Shown here: positions 36,464-44,177 of the stretch, piece by piece
How positions within the stretch are numbered: the first letter of the stretch is position 1
Layout of the letters: each line of letters opens with the position of its first letter
Assembly (NCBI GenBank): GCA_045106895.1
Contig: JBGCFM010000041.1
Span: 10,585 to 74,584 of the forward strand
Origin: Polyangiales bacterium
GTDB taxonomy: Bacteria > Myxococcota_A > Polyangia > Polyangiales > Houyiibacteriaceae
DNA length: 64,000 nt
Direction: 5' to 3'
Notes under the pieces: model-generated
The model's database searches: none
The model's input: the letters and a program-made list of their open reading frames with translations, nothing else
What the model was told of the DNA's origin: nothing
Made by a program: the position numbers and the translations under genes

Positions 36464-37324
36464 ATGAAGATCCTTCGCACCAAGGATGAACTACGCGCCG
36501 CCTGCAACGCCGCTCGCGCGAGCGGGAAGCGCGTGGGGTTCGTTCCGACGATGGGCGCGCTTCATGCGGGCCACACCTCGCTCATGGACGCAGCCGCCCG
36601 CGAAGGCGCGGACTTCGTGGTTACGAGCATCTTCGTGAACCCGCTGCAATTCGCCGAAGGGGAGGACCTCGACAAGTACCCACGAACCTTCGACGCAGAT
36701 GTCGCCGCGTGCCAAGCGCACGGTGTTCACGCTGTCTTCGCGCCCGAGAAAAGCGCGATGTACGGCTCTGGGTTCTCCACCGAGGTCCGAGTCTCCAATG
36801 TGACCGCGCCCTTCGAAGGGGAGCACCGTCCAGACCACTTCAGTGGGGTGACGACGGTCGTCGCGAAGCTCTTCAACTTGGTCGGGGAGTCCATGGCGAT
36901 CTTCGGCCGAAAGGACTTCCAGCAGTGGCGCACCCTTGCGCGGCTCGCTCAGGACCTGGACATGCCGATTCGTGTCATCGGGGAGCCCACCATTCGGGAG
37001 GAGGACGGCCTCGCCCTCTCGTCGCGAAACCGCTACCTCTCCGGCGCCGACCGGAAACGCGCCCTCGCACTGAGTGCCGGACTTCGCCGCGCAGAGGCTG
37101 CATGGAACGGCGGCGAACGAAGCGCTGACAAGCTCGTGACCTTGGCGCGAGGCCCCATCGAAGAAGCCTTTGACCGCGTGGACTACGTTGGCGCGGCGGA
37201 ACCGTCGGACCTAGGCACGCCAGAAGCCAACGCGACGCGTCTTGTGTTGCTCGCGGCAGCCCACCTTGGAGACACGCGCCTCATCGACAACATTGAACTC
37301 GGTCCGAAGGTGGACGCCGCTTAG
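36464..37324 (+). CDS. panC: Pantoate--beta-alanine ligase
   Basis: GFVPTMGALHAGHTSLM, SIFVNPLQF, FGRKDFQQ. Confidence 0.92.
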   Translation: MKILRTKDELRAACNAARASGKRVGFVPTMGALHAGHTSLMDAAAREGADFVVTSIFVNPLQFAEGEDLDKYPRTFDADVAACQAHGVHAVFAPEKSAMYGSGFSTEVRVSNVTAPFEGEHRPDHFSGVTTVVAKLFNLVGESMAIFGRKDFQQWRTLARLAQDLDMPIRVIGEPTIREEDGLALSSRNRYLSGADRKRALALSAGLRRAEAAWNGGERSADKLVTLARGPIEEAFDRVDYVGAAEPSDLGTPEANATRLVLLAAAHLGDTRLIDNIELGPKVDAA

Positions 37325-37338
37325 CGTTCGTGCGCTCC

Positions 37339-39432
37339 TCAATCGGTGACGGGAGGAAGCTCCAGGACGAGATTGCTGTTCTCGCCGTCCACGGTGAAGC
37401 GGCGCGTCACGGGCAAGTGGCCTCGCTTCGTCGCGCGCACATTCAATACCCGTCCCAGCGGAGCGTCGCGGAGAGTGACCGGCGCGCTCCCAAGGCGCTC
37501 GCCCCCCACGTCGATTTGAGCCCCGCTGGGCTCGCTGTCGATCACCACGTCCGTGCGCAACGGGATGAACACCGCAATGTGGCGTGTGTGTCCCGGCTCC
37601 ACCTCGAAAGAGCGACGCCAGCTCTGGTAGTTGGGCAACGTCGCCTCGATGGTGAGGCGCTGCCCATCGGTGATCTCTTGCTCCAAAAAGAGCGGTGTTC
37701 GTCCCTCGATGAGGTCACCGTCGACGCGTACGACGGCCCCTTCTGGAACCGACACGAGCTCAATCCGGGTCTCCTCGACCACGGGTGATCGGAGGTTTGC
37801 CCAGATCAAGACCACGACTCCCATCATGAGTACCAGTGTCATCGGCAGAAGCCAGGAGCGACGGGCACGCAGGGGTCGTGAGGGCGGCAGAGACAGAGGC
37901 GCCGGCGGCGCGGAGAACACGTCGGAGTCTTCCTTCCACCCACTCAGGTCTGGGACGCTGCCCATCTGTGGAAAGGAGTCGTTCGTCGACGCTGCGATGA
38001 ACGGCCACGGCGTCGGGTCGCGCGGCGGCGGCGGCACTGTGATGGGTTGCTCCGCGGATTGACGCGCTGACGCGAGACCTTGCGCGGCTTCCCGCGCGGC
38101 CTTCAACCTCGCCTGCGCGCCGGACTCGACGACGGTGGAGTCGTCCCACTCTTCGTTCGGCGGCGACGTCGTTCGAGCGATCTCCGCTTCCGCGCTGGAC
38201 GCGTCCTCCCACACGCCGGTTGCTTCATCATCGATTTGTGAATCCGGCCCGAGCGACGGAAGAGCGTCGCTGGTGGATTCGTCCTCGAAGAGAGCCCTGC
38301 GTTTCGCCGCTCCATTCTCGCCTTCTGACTCTTTGCCGAGGTTCTCGTCCTTGAAGATGATGCTCTTGGTTCGGTCCGGCTGAAACTCCCCGCTCGCCAT
38401 GGGTTCGGTGGGAATACGCACCTTGTCACCGCTCGCTGGCACGAGGACTCGCTCGTCGGAGCTCAGCTCTGCGCCACCGGTGGCGGCCTCCATCTCCTTA
38501 GGGAAGAGCTCCGCCATCAGTGCCGCCAGCCGAGCCGCCGTGAACGTCGGCATGTAGCGGTAGAGGAACTGGGTCAGCGCCTGAGCCATCGCCTGGCCGC
38601 TCTCCCATCGCTCCGAAGGGTGCTCGTGCAGCGCCTTCATGACGATTGCGTCAAGCTCGGGTGGAACGTCCTTTCGGAACTTCGACGGTGCCTGCACATC
38701 CGCCTTGCGAACTTTTTCCAGGAGCTTCGGAAGGTTGTCGGCCTCGTAGACCATCTCGCCGGTCAGCAGTTCGTGGAGCACGATGCCGGCGCTGAATATG
38801 TCGCTGCGTCCATCAAGTGGGTCCGCCCATGCCTGCTCCGGCGACATGTAGAAGTACTTTCCTTTGATCACACCCGCTTCCGTCTGACCCGTTCGTTGGG
38901 CAGCTTTGGCGATTCCGAAGTCCGCGACCTTCACCTCACCGGAAAACGAAACCAGCACGTTCTGCGGTGACACGTCTCGATGAACGATGTTGAGCGGCTC
39001 ACCCGAGGGCGCCTTTTTCCGGTGGGCGTAGTCGAGGCCATGGCAGAGCTCGGACACCATGTACGCGCAGAGATCGACGGGAATGCGGACGTTTTGATCG
39101 GTCACGCGACGCAGGACTTGAGACGCATCCGCGCCCTCGACGAACTCCATCACGATGAAGTAGTTGTCGTCGATGCACCCCAAATCGAAGGTCTGCGCGA
39201 CATTTACATGGGTGAGGAGCACGGAGAGCTTCGCCTCGTCGACGAGCATCTGGATGAAGGTCTGGTCCTCACTAAAGCGAGGGTGGATCACCTTGATGGC
39301 GACGAGCTTTTCGAACCCACCGATGCCTTCGGCTTTCGCGACATACACCTCGGCCATCCCGCCAACGGCGAGGCGTCGCAAGAGGGTGTACGGCCCAAAA
39401 GGACGCGGTAGATCCAAGACGTCGGGAAACAT
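37339..39432 (-). CDS. Ser/Thr protein kinase with TM segment and two C-terminal PEGA domains
   Basis: GGMAEVY, VAIKVI, HRDVSPQNVLV, DFGIAK and YMSPEQ. TM segment LLPMTLVLMMGVVVLIW. PEGA-like VSVPEGAVVRVDG and DSEPSGAQIDVGG. Confidence 0.88.
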   Translation of the reverse strand: MFPDVLDLPRPFGPYTLLRRLAVGGMAEVYVAKAEGIGGFEKLVAIKVIHPRFSEDQTFIQMLVDEAKLSVLLTHVNVAQTFDLGCIDDNYFIVMEFVEGADASQVLRRVTDQNVRIPVDLCAYMVSELCHGLDYAHRKKAPSGEPLNIVHRDVSPQNVLVSFSGEVKVADFGIAKAAQRTGQTEAGVIKGKYFYMSPEQAWADPLDGRSDIFSAGIVLHELLTGEMVYEADNLPKLLEKVRKADVQAPSKFRKDVPPELDAIVMKALHEHPSERWESGQAMAQALTQFLYRYMPTFTAARLAALMAELFPKEMEAATGGAELSSDERVLVPASGDKVRIPTEPMASGEFQPDRTKSIIFKDENLGKESEGENGAAKRRALFEDESTSDALPSLGPDSQIDDEATGVWEDASSAEAEIARTTSPPNEEWDDSTVVESGAQARLKAAREAAQGLASARQSAEQPITVPPPPRDPTPWPFIAASTNDSFPQMGSVPDLSGWKEDSDVFSAPPAPLSLPPSRPLRARRSWLLPMTLVLMMGVVVLIWANLRSPVVEETRIELVSVPEGAVVRVDGDLIEGRTPLFLEQEITDGQRLTIEATLPNYQSWRRSFEVEPGHTRHIAVFIPLRTDVVIDSEPSGAQIDVGGERLGSAPVTLRDAPLGRVLNVRATKRGHLPVTRRFTVDGENSNLVLELPPVTD

Positions 39433-39622
39433 CCGCTCTTAGCCAGCAATCCCGATGCGTGGCGGCTCTGGGTAGGTAAACGTCATAGGGCCAAACGGCG
39501 CGACAGCCCCTAGAGTACGGGGTTTCGGTGCCTGGCGACAAGATTGCCGAATCGCCGCTCCTTCGTATGCTACTACGTGCATGCGGACTCAGCGTGTGCC
39601 GAGAGCCGCTGGAGGGTGAGAG

Positions 39623-40129
39623 ATGACGACGAACGAAGCCCCTGGGATGAAAATCAGTCCCTCCATGCTGGCCGACATCGGACTTTTTGGTGGCCTAGAC
39701 GACGAAACCCTTGCAGTCCTCGCCGAGCAGCTCCCACAGGTGCGCGTCGAAGTAGGCGCCACCGTCGTGGCCGAAGGCGACACCGCCCAAGAGATGTTTG
39801 TCGTCCTTGGCGGCGAGCTTGAAGTCGTCAAACGGGGCCCACGTGGCGGAGAAGCCCGTGTTGCCCTCTTCGGGCCCGGCGACTGGTTCGGAGAAATGTC
39901 CATCCTCGACGTGGCCCCACGATCCGCCACGGTCCGTTCCGTGGCCCCGACCCTCTTGCTCCGAGTCACAAACGAAGACCTCGAGCGGCTCCTCTACCGT
40001 CGGGCGCCGAAAGCCTACAGCCTGCTCATCATGAACATCGCCCGTGAGCTCTCACGGCGCCTGCGAGTCGCGGACGGCATCATCGCCCAGTTCGTCTCCA
40101 CGGTGAACGACACCTACCCCGGCGCCTGA
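39623..40129 (+). CDS. Stand-alone cyclic-nucleotide-binding domain protein
   Basis: LFGGLDDETL, FGEMSILD and PRSATVRS form the CAP_ED phosphate-binding cassette. Confidence 0.8.
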   Translation: MTTNEAPGMKISPSMLADIGLFGGLDDETLAVLAEQLPQVRVEVGATVVAEGDTAQEMFVVLGGELEVVKRGPRGGEARVALFGPGDWFGEMSILDVAPRSATVRSVAPTLLLRVTNEDLERLLYRRAPKAYSLLIMNIARELSRRLRVADGIIAQFVSTVNDTYPGA

Positions 40130-40304
40130 CGACGGACAGAGCGCAGTTTAGAGCCGCCGAGAGGCGGCTGTCATCCCCGAATCCGAGAGCTTTCCCGACG
40201 ATTCTTCGTCCAGCGCTTCGCTGGCAAGGCGACCGGAGCGAAGGCGACTCTTGTCGCTGAGCGGAAGGGCAACGCAGCCAGCGGAGTGCTGGGCGGAGTG
40301 AACG

Positions 40305-41165
40305 CTAGATGACGGTGCGGGGGGACCAAGTCCCCCGACTCTCTTCGCGCTCTTTGTATGCCTCGAGAATAATCGTCGCCGTCTCTTCAATGGCCCGGTT
40401 CGTCACATTGACGGTCATCCAGCCAGGGTTCTTCTTGAAGATCGCGTGGGCGAAATCGAGCTCTGTTCGCACGTGGTTTCGCAGCCCGTAGTTTGCGTCG
40501 ACGGGCATTCCAAGCTGCGCCAAACGCTCTTTTCGGATCTCCAAGAGCAGGTCGAGCTCGATGGTCAGGGCGACGACCTTGTGGGGCGGAACCTCGTAAA
40601 GCTCTTCGGGTGGCTCCACGCCCATGACGAGGGGCACATTCGCGACCTTGAGGCCACGACCCGCCAAGTAGGTGGAGAGCGGAGTCTTCGACGTTCGGCT
40701 CACCCCTGTCAGGATAATGTCTGCTTTGCGAAGGTTTCGAGGCTCTTTGCCGTCATCACTCTTCACCGCAAACTCGATGGCCTCCACTCGGCGGAAGTAC
40801 TCCTCCGAAAGTGACATCTGCGCCGTCGGAATGTTGAGGGGCGTAGCCTCGAGGAACGTGCCGACCTTGTGGATGAGCGAGCCGATGACGTCGACGCACT
40901 CCACGCCACGCTCACGCGAACTCTGAAAGAGGTAGTCGCGGAGGGCGGGTCTGACGAGTGTAAAGACAACCATCGCTCCGGCATCGAAGGCCTTCGCGAC
41001 GACTTCCTGAACAGCTTGCTCGTCACGGACACGCGTAAAAAGGCGTACCCGAACACGCTCCTCCGGGAACTGAAGCAACGCCGCACGTACGACACGCTCA
41101 GCGGTTTCACCGGTAGAATCGCTGACGACAAAAATCAGGCGGCGCTGTGTCGCGTCTTCACTCAT
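40305..41165 (-). CDS. ppsR: Pyruvate,water/phosphate dikinase regulatory protein (kinase/pyrophosphorylase, DUF299)
   Basis: IFVVSDSTGETAE and the GVSRTSKTPLS P-loop. About 280 aa, the typical size. Confidence 0.85.
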   Translation of the reverse strand: MSEDATQRRLIFVVSDSTGETAERVVRAALLQFPEERVRVRLFTRVRDEQAVQEVVAKAFDAGAMVVFTLVRPALRDYLFQSSRERGVECVDVIGSLIHKVGTFLEATPLNIPTAQMSLSEEYFRRVEAIEFAVKSDDGKEPRNLRKADIILTGVSRTSKTPLSTYLAGRGLKVANVPLVMGVEPPEELYEVPPHKVVALTIELDLLLEIRKERLAQLGMPVDANYGLRNHVRTELDFAHAIFKKNPGWMTVNVTNRAIEETATIILEAYKEREESRGTWSPRTVI

Positions 41166-41226
41166 GCTGGCGCTCCATTTTAGCGAACATACAACGCGAC
41201 GCGCCTGTAAGGACAGGCGAGTTTTC

Positions 41227-41370
41227 TTAGCGCTTGTTGAGGCGCTTACCGAGCTTCTTGCCGGCCATGCGGTTGACGCGGCGGCGGTTCTTCGCGGCGC
41301 GCGCGGCCTTGCGGCGGCTGTTCTTGCTGCGGTTAGAGATGCGGGATTTGTTGTTGATGTTGAGGTACAT
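41227..41370 (-). CDS. Unannotated 47-codon highly basic small ORF
   Basis: Hand translation gives MYLNINNKSRISNRSKNSRRKAARAAKNRRRVNRMAGKKLGKRLNKR. Nearly every codon ends in G or C, whereas the overlapping + strand ORF 41164-41448 uses many T-ending codons. No clear SD sequence. It falls below the 60-aa cutoff of the ORF track. Confidence 0.4.
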   Translation of the reverse strand: MYLNINNKSRISNRSKNSRRKAARAAKNRRRVNRMAGKKLGKRLNKR

Positions 41371-41483
41371 AATCTACGTCCGAAGGAGCCGGGTCTAAGC
41401 GATCAGAGAGGTCGCCGCAAGGTCTTCTGCGCTTTCGACGCACTTTGACTCAAAAGAAGAACACCCGGCTTAAAGAAAAAGAC

Positions 41484-41515
41484 CCCCACCCGATGGGTGG
41501 AGGTCTCGTTTCTAC
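41484..41515 (-). terminator. Rho-independent terminator of the Cys-rich protein gene
   Basis: The minus strand reads GACCTCCACCC-atcg-GGGTGGGGGTC (11-bp stem, one G-T pair) followed by TTTTTCTTT. It begins 13 nt after the stop at 41528. Confidence 0.78.
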
Positions 41516-41527
41516 GTTAGGTAGGGT

Positions 41528-43210
41528 TCAGCCTGCAGGCGTGCAGGTACCGGACTCCATAGCCGTCGCACCTTCGCAGGTCTGACCGCTTGGGCACTGC
41601 TCGGTGGTCGCGCAGCCAGGGAAGCAGACGTTGACGCCTTCGAGGACGTCGTCACGACAAGCGATGTTCTCGCCTTCGCAGAGGTCGCCGTCCACGTTGC
41701 CCTCGGCGTCGTCGCAGCGCTCAAGGCAGAGGCCGAATGGATCCTCAGCGGAGCCGAAGTTGCCACAGACGTTCTCGCCGCCACACACGTTCGCCGTCGA
41801 CGCTGGGTCGAAGAACGGAGCGGTGCAGTCGTTGACGGTGCAGTAGCCGAACTCGTCGAGGTCGTCGAAGCGGATGCATCGAGCCTGGCCGAATGGACCG
41901 AAGCAGTCGTCGGAGGTGTCACAAGCAGCACCAACGTTTGGCTCCGCCACTTCGTTGAACGTGGATGGGAGGCAGACGCCGTTGTTGGCGACGCCGTGTC
42001 CGCCAACGCCGTTCCAGAAGCAGCCGTAGTTCTCGCGGCAGCCGCCGTTGCCCGTTGCTGGGTCAACCCAAGTAGCCGTGTCTTCTGGGTCAGCGCCGGC
42101 GCCGACGGTGCAGCCTTCAAGGCAAGCCGTCACACCGAGGCCGCGCTCCTGGCAGACGCCGTCGTTTGCACACTCGTTGCCAACAACGTCACAACCGAGC
42201 TTGATGCAAGCTCCGCCGGTCCAGGTGATGTCGCAGACGCCGTCGCCGTTACCGGTGATGGCATCGACGCACTGGGTGTCGTCAACACAGTCGACGTCGT
42301 CGTTCGTGGAGCAAGTTCCGCCCTCTTCAATGCAGCGTCCGCCTTCTTCGCAGTCAGCGTTGCTGTCACACTCGTCGCCGCCGGACGCGCCTGGCGTCGA
42401 AGGTGCGCCGGTGCACTCGAAGGTGTCGGGGTTGCAGACAGCTGCGGAATCGGTGTCGTAGACAAGAGCGTCGAAGTTGTTCGCGCTTCCGCCACACTGC
42501 TCAGGAGTTGCCATGCAGTCCTGTGGAGTCTGGATTCCGCCGATGCCGTTCGTGTCCTCGCGAGTCACGCGACACTCGGTGTCCGTGGTGCAACCGAGAG
42601 GGAGACAGACTGCCTCCGTAAGGGAGCAGCTGTAGTTGTCGCGGCATCCGCCGTTGTCGGTGGTGCTTGGCTCACAGTTGCGGAGACACATCGTCACGCC
42701 GCCGAGGTCGACACAGCTGCCGCAGTCGCCGCATGCTGTCTCTTCTTCGTCGTTGGCGTCACAAGCTTCCGGCGTACCGGTCGTCTGGATGCCGCGTGGG
42801 GTGCACATGCCATCAGTGAAGATCGCGCTTGGGTATGGGTCTTCGCCAGCAGGGGCGTCGGTGATGGGGTCTGTGCCGCCGCCGGTCGTGAAGGCGCGCT
42901 CGGCCTCACAAACGAAGCCAGCCTGGAGGCAGCCGCGATCGGGCGTGCACTCAACATCGTAGTCTGCGCAGGACGGTGGAGGACCCGTGTCGATGCCGAC
43001 GTCGGGCTGTGGGCCGGCATCTGGGACGTCTGGCTGCGGGCCAGCGTCGAACATCGTCGGGACGTCGAGTCCGCCGCCGTCGCTAGGCGGAAGTACGCAA
43101 GCCGTACCGTCCGCGTTAGGAACAAAACCATCGGGGCACACGCTCCCGTCGTCGTCTCCACAACCAAATGCCAACAATGTGACAATACTCAAGCCAATGA
43201 ATCTCTTCAT
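41528..43210 (-). CDS. Large secreted cysteine-rich repeat protein (possible lipoprotein)
   Basis: GGAGGA lies 4 nt before the ATG at 43210. MKRFIGLSIVTLLAFGCGDDDG signal sequence. I counted about 55 Cys by hand in about 560 aa. Duplicated DAGPQPDV, and two NGGCR(D/E)NYxC modules. Confidence 0.72.
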   Translation of the reverse strand: MKRFIGLSIVTLLAFGCGDDDGSVCPDGFVPNADGTACVLPPSDGGGLDVPTMFDAGPQPDVPDAGPQPDVGIDTGPPPSCADYDVECTPDRGCLQAGFVCEAERAFTTGGGTDPITDAPAGEDPYPSAIFTDGMCTPRGIQTTGTPEACDANDEEETACGDCGSCVDLGGVTMCLRNCEPSTTDNGGCRDNYSCSLTEAVCLPLGCTTDTECRVTREDTNGIGGIQTPQDCMATPEQCGGSANNFDALVYDTDSAAVCNPDTFECTGAPSTPGASGGDECDSNADCEEGGRCIEEGGTCSTNDDVDCVDDTQCVDAITGNGDGVCDITWTGGACIKLGCDVVGNECANDGVCQERGLGVTACLEGCTVGAGADPEDTATWVDPATGNGGCRENYGCFWNGVGGHGVANNGVCLPSTFNEVAEPNVGAACDTSDDCFGPFGQARCIRFDDLDEFGYCTVNDCTAPFFDPASTANVCGGENVCGNFGSAEDPFGLCLERCDDAEGNVDGDLCEGENIACRDDVLEGVNVCFPGCATTEQCPSGQTCEGATAMESGTCTPAG

Positions 43211-43380
43211 TCTATCCTCCAATTAATACTTTCCACCGACCGCTAAACGTGGGGCAAAGGCGGCGAAACCTAGCTGTCACCCCTTACAAGGTCAAGGCAT
43301 GCGACGTTCGGCGCAAGTCAGGGAGCAATTTTGTCCCTTCTTCGCCCTCCCAAACATCGGGGAATACGAGAAAAGCGCGT

Positions 43381-44031
43381 CTAGTCGCGCGTATGGCCCA
43401 AAACCCGGCGGAGAGCGGCGAGGTAGCCCTCGTGGGTCAAAACACCTGCGTCCACCAAAGCCAGGAGCAACGCGCGGTGTCGTTGCGCCATCGTCGCCTC
43501 GTCTTCGATTCGATGAAGAGGCTGTGTCGCCGAGGCTTCAAAGGCGATCCCTTCGACTCGCTGCGTCGTTTCCGATGAGATCGGCGCTGGAGATGCATCG
43601 ACGGGCGGTGGCCCATAGTGACGTGTGAGGCTCTCACGAAGCTCACCGAGAGGCGCCACCAGAGGTTCAATGCCTCGGCCGGTGACTTCTTTGATGGCAC
43701 GAAGCGCCGTACGGTCGAGTGGGTCGGCGAAGGCGACGGAGAGGCTGGCTCCCGCCGGCGCGATGGGAATCAGCAGGTGGCGCCAGGCGAGCTCGGCGCC
43801 GATGAGCGGCAGCACGGTGACGTCCAATTCCCCGCGGCCGAGCTCAACGACGACGGTGCCCACGGCCTCAGCGAGGCGTTCCGCCAACGCATCTGGCTCC
43901 GCAAGCCCCCGCTCGACCAACACCTGAACGAGGGCAACGGCTTCCTGCTGAGCGATGCCGCGGGCCGCTTCGCATTGGGCAGCATCTCCACCGAGGGCGA
44001 TGGCAAGCGTCGCGGCGTCTTCGTTGGCCAT
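43381..44031 (-). CDS. GspE/MshE N-terminal-domain (T2SSE_N) protein
   Basis: LIGAELAWRHLLIPIA...LSVAFADPLDRTALRAIKEVTGRGIEPLVAP matches the T2SS-E N-terminal domain pattern. The start is set to the ATG at 44031 (MANED). Confidence 0.62.
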   Translation of the reverse strand: MANEDAATLAIALGGDAAQCEAARGIAQQEAVALVQVLVERGLAEPDALAERLAEAVGTVVVELGRGELDVTVLPLIGAELAWRHLLIPIAPAGASLSVAFADPLDRTALRAIKEVTGRGIEPLVAPLGELRESLTRHYGPPPVDASPAPISSETTQRVEGIAFEASATQPLHRIEDEATMAQRHRALLLALVDAGVLTHEGYLAALRRVLGHTRD

Positions 44032-44177
44032 GGGCGCACTATAGTATGGGGTGTCCCCAAGATGGAGCTTTTGCGGTGGGCGCCGGCGTCCCGCGGCGGA
44101 GGAGCCCTCTCGAGTGACGTGATCTGCGAGACAAACCCGCAAATCGGGACGGAACAAGGCGTGCGACAGCCTAGAAT

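Noticed and set aside
40152-40169. Hairpin AGCCGCC-gaga-GGCGGCT between the convergent cNMP-binding and ppsR genes
   Set aside because: The stem is only 7 bp with no U-tract on either strand, which is too weak to call a terminator.
41164-41448. 94-aa + strand ORF between ppsR and the Cys-rich gene
   Set aside because: Its codons are rich in third-position T, which is atypical for this genome. The 47-codon minus-strand ORF over the same DNA has the expected G/C-ending codon bias.
41996-43246. 416-aa + strand ORF over the Cys-rich protein gene
   Set aside because: It is antisense to a gene with a clear RBS, signal peptide and terminator. Its composition is Ala/Val/Gly-rich with no motifs.
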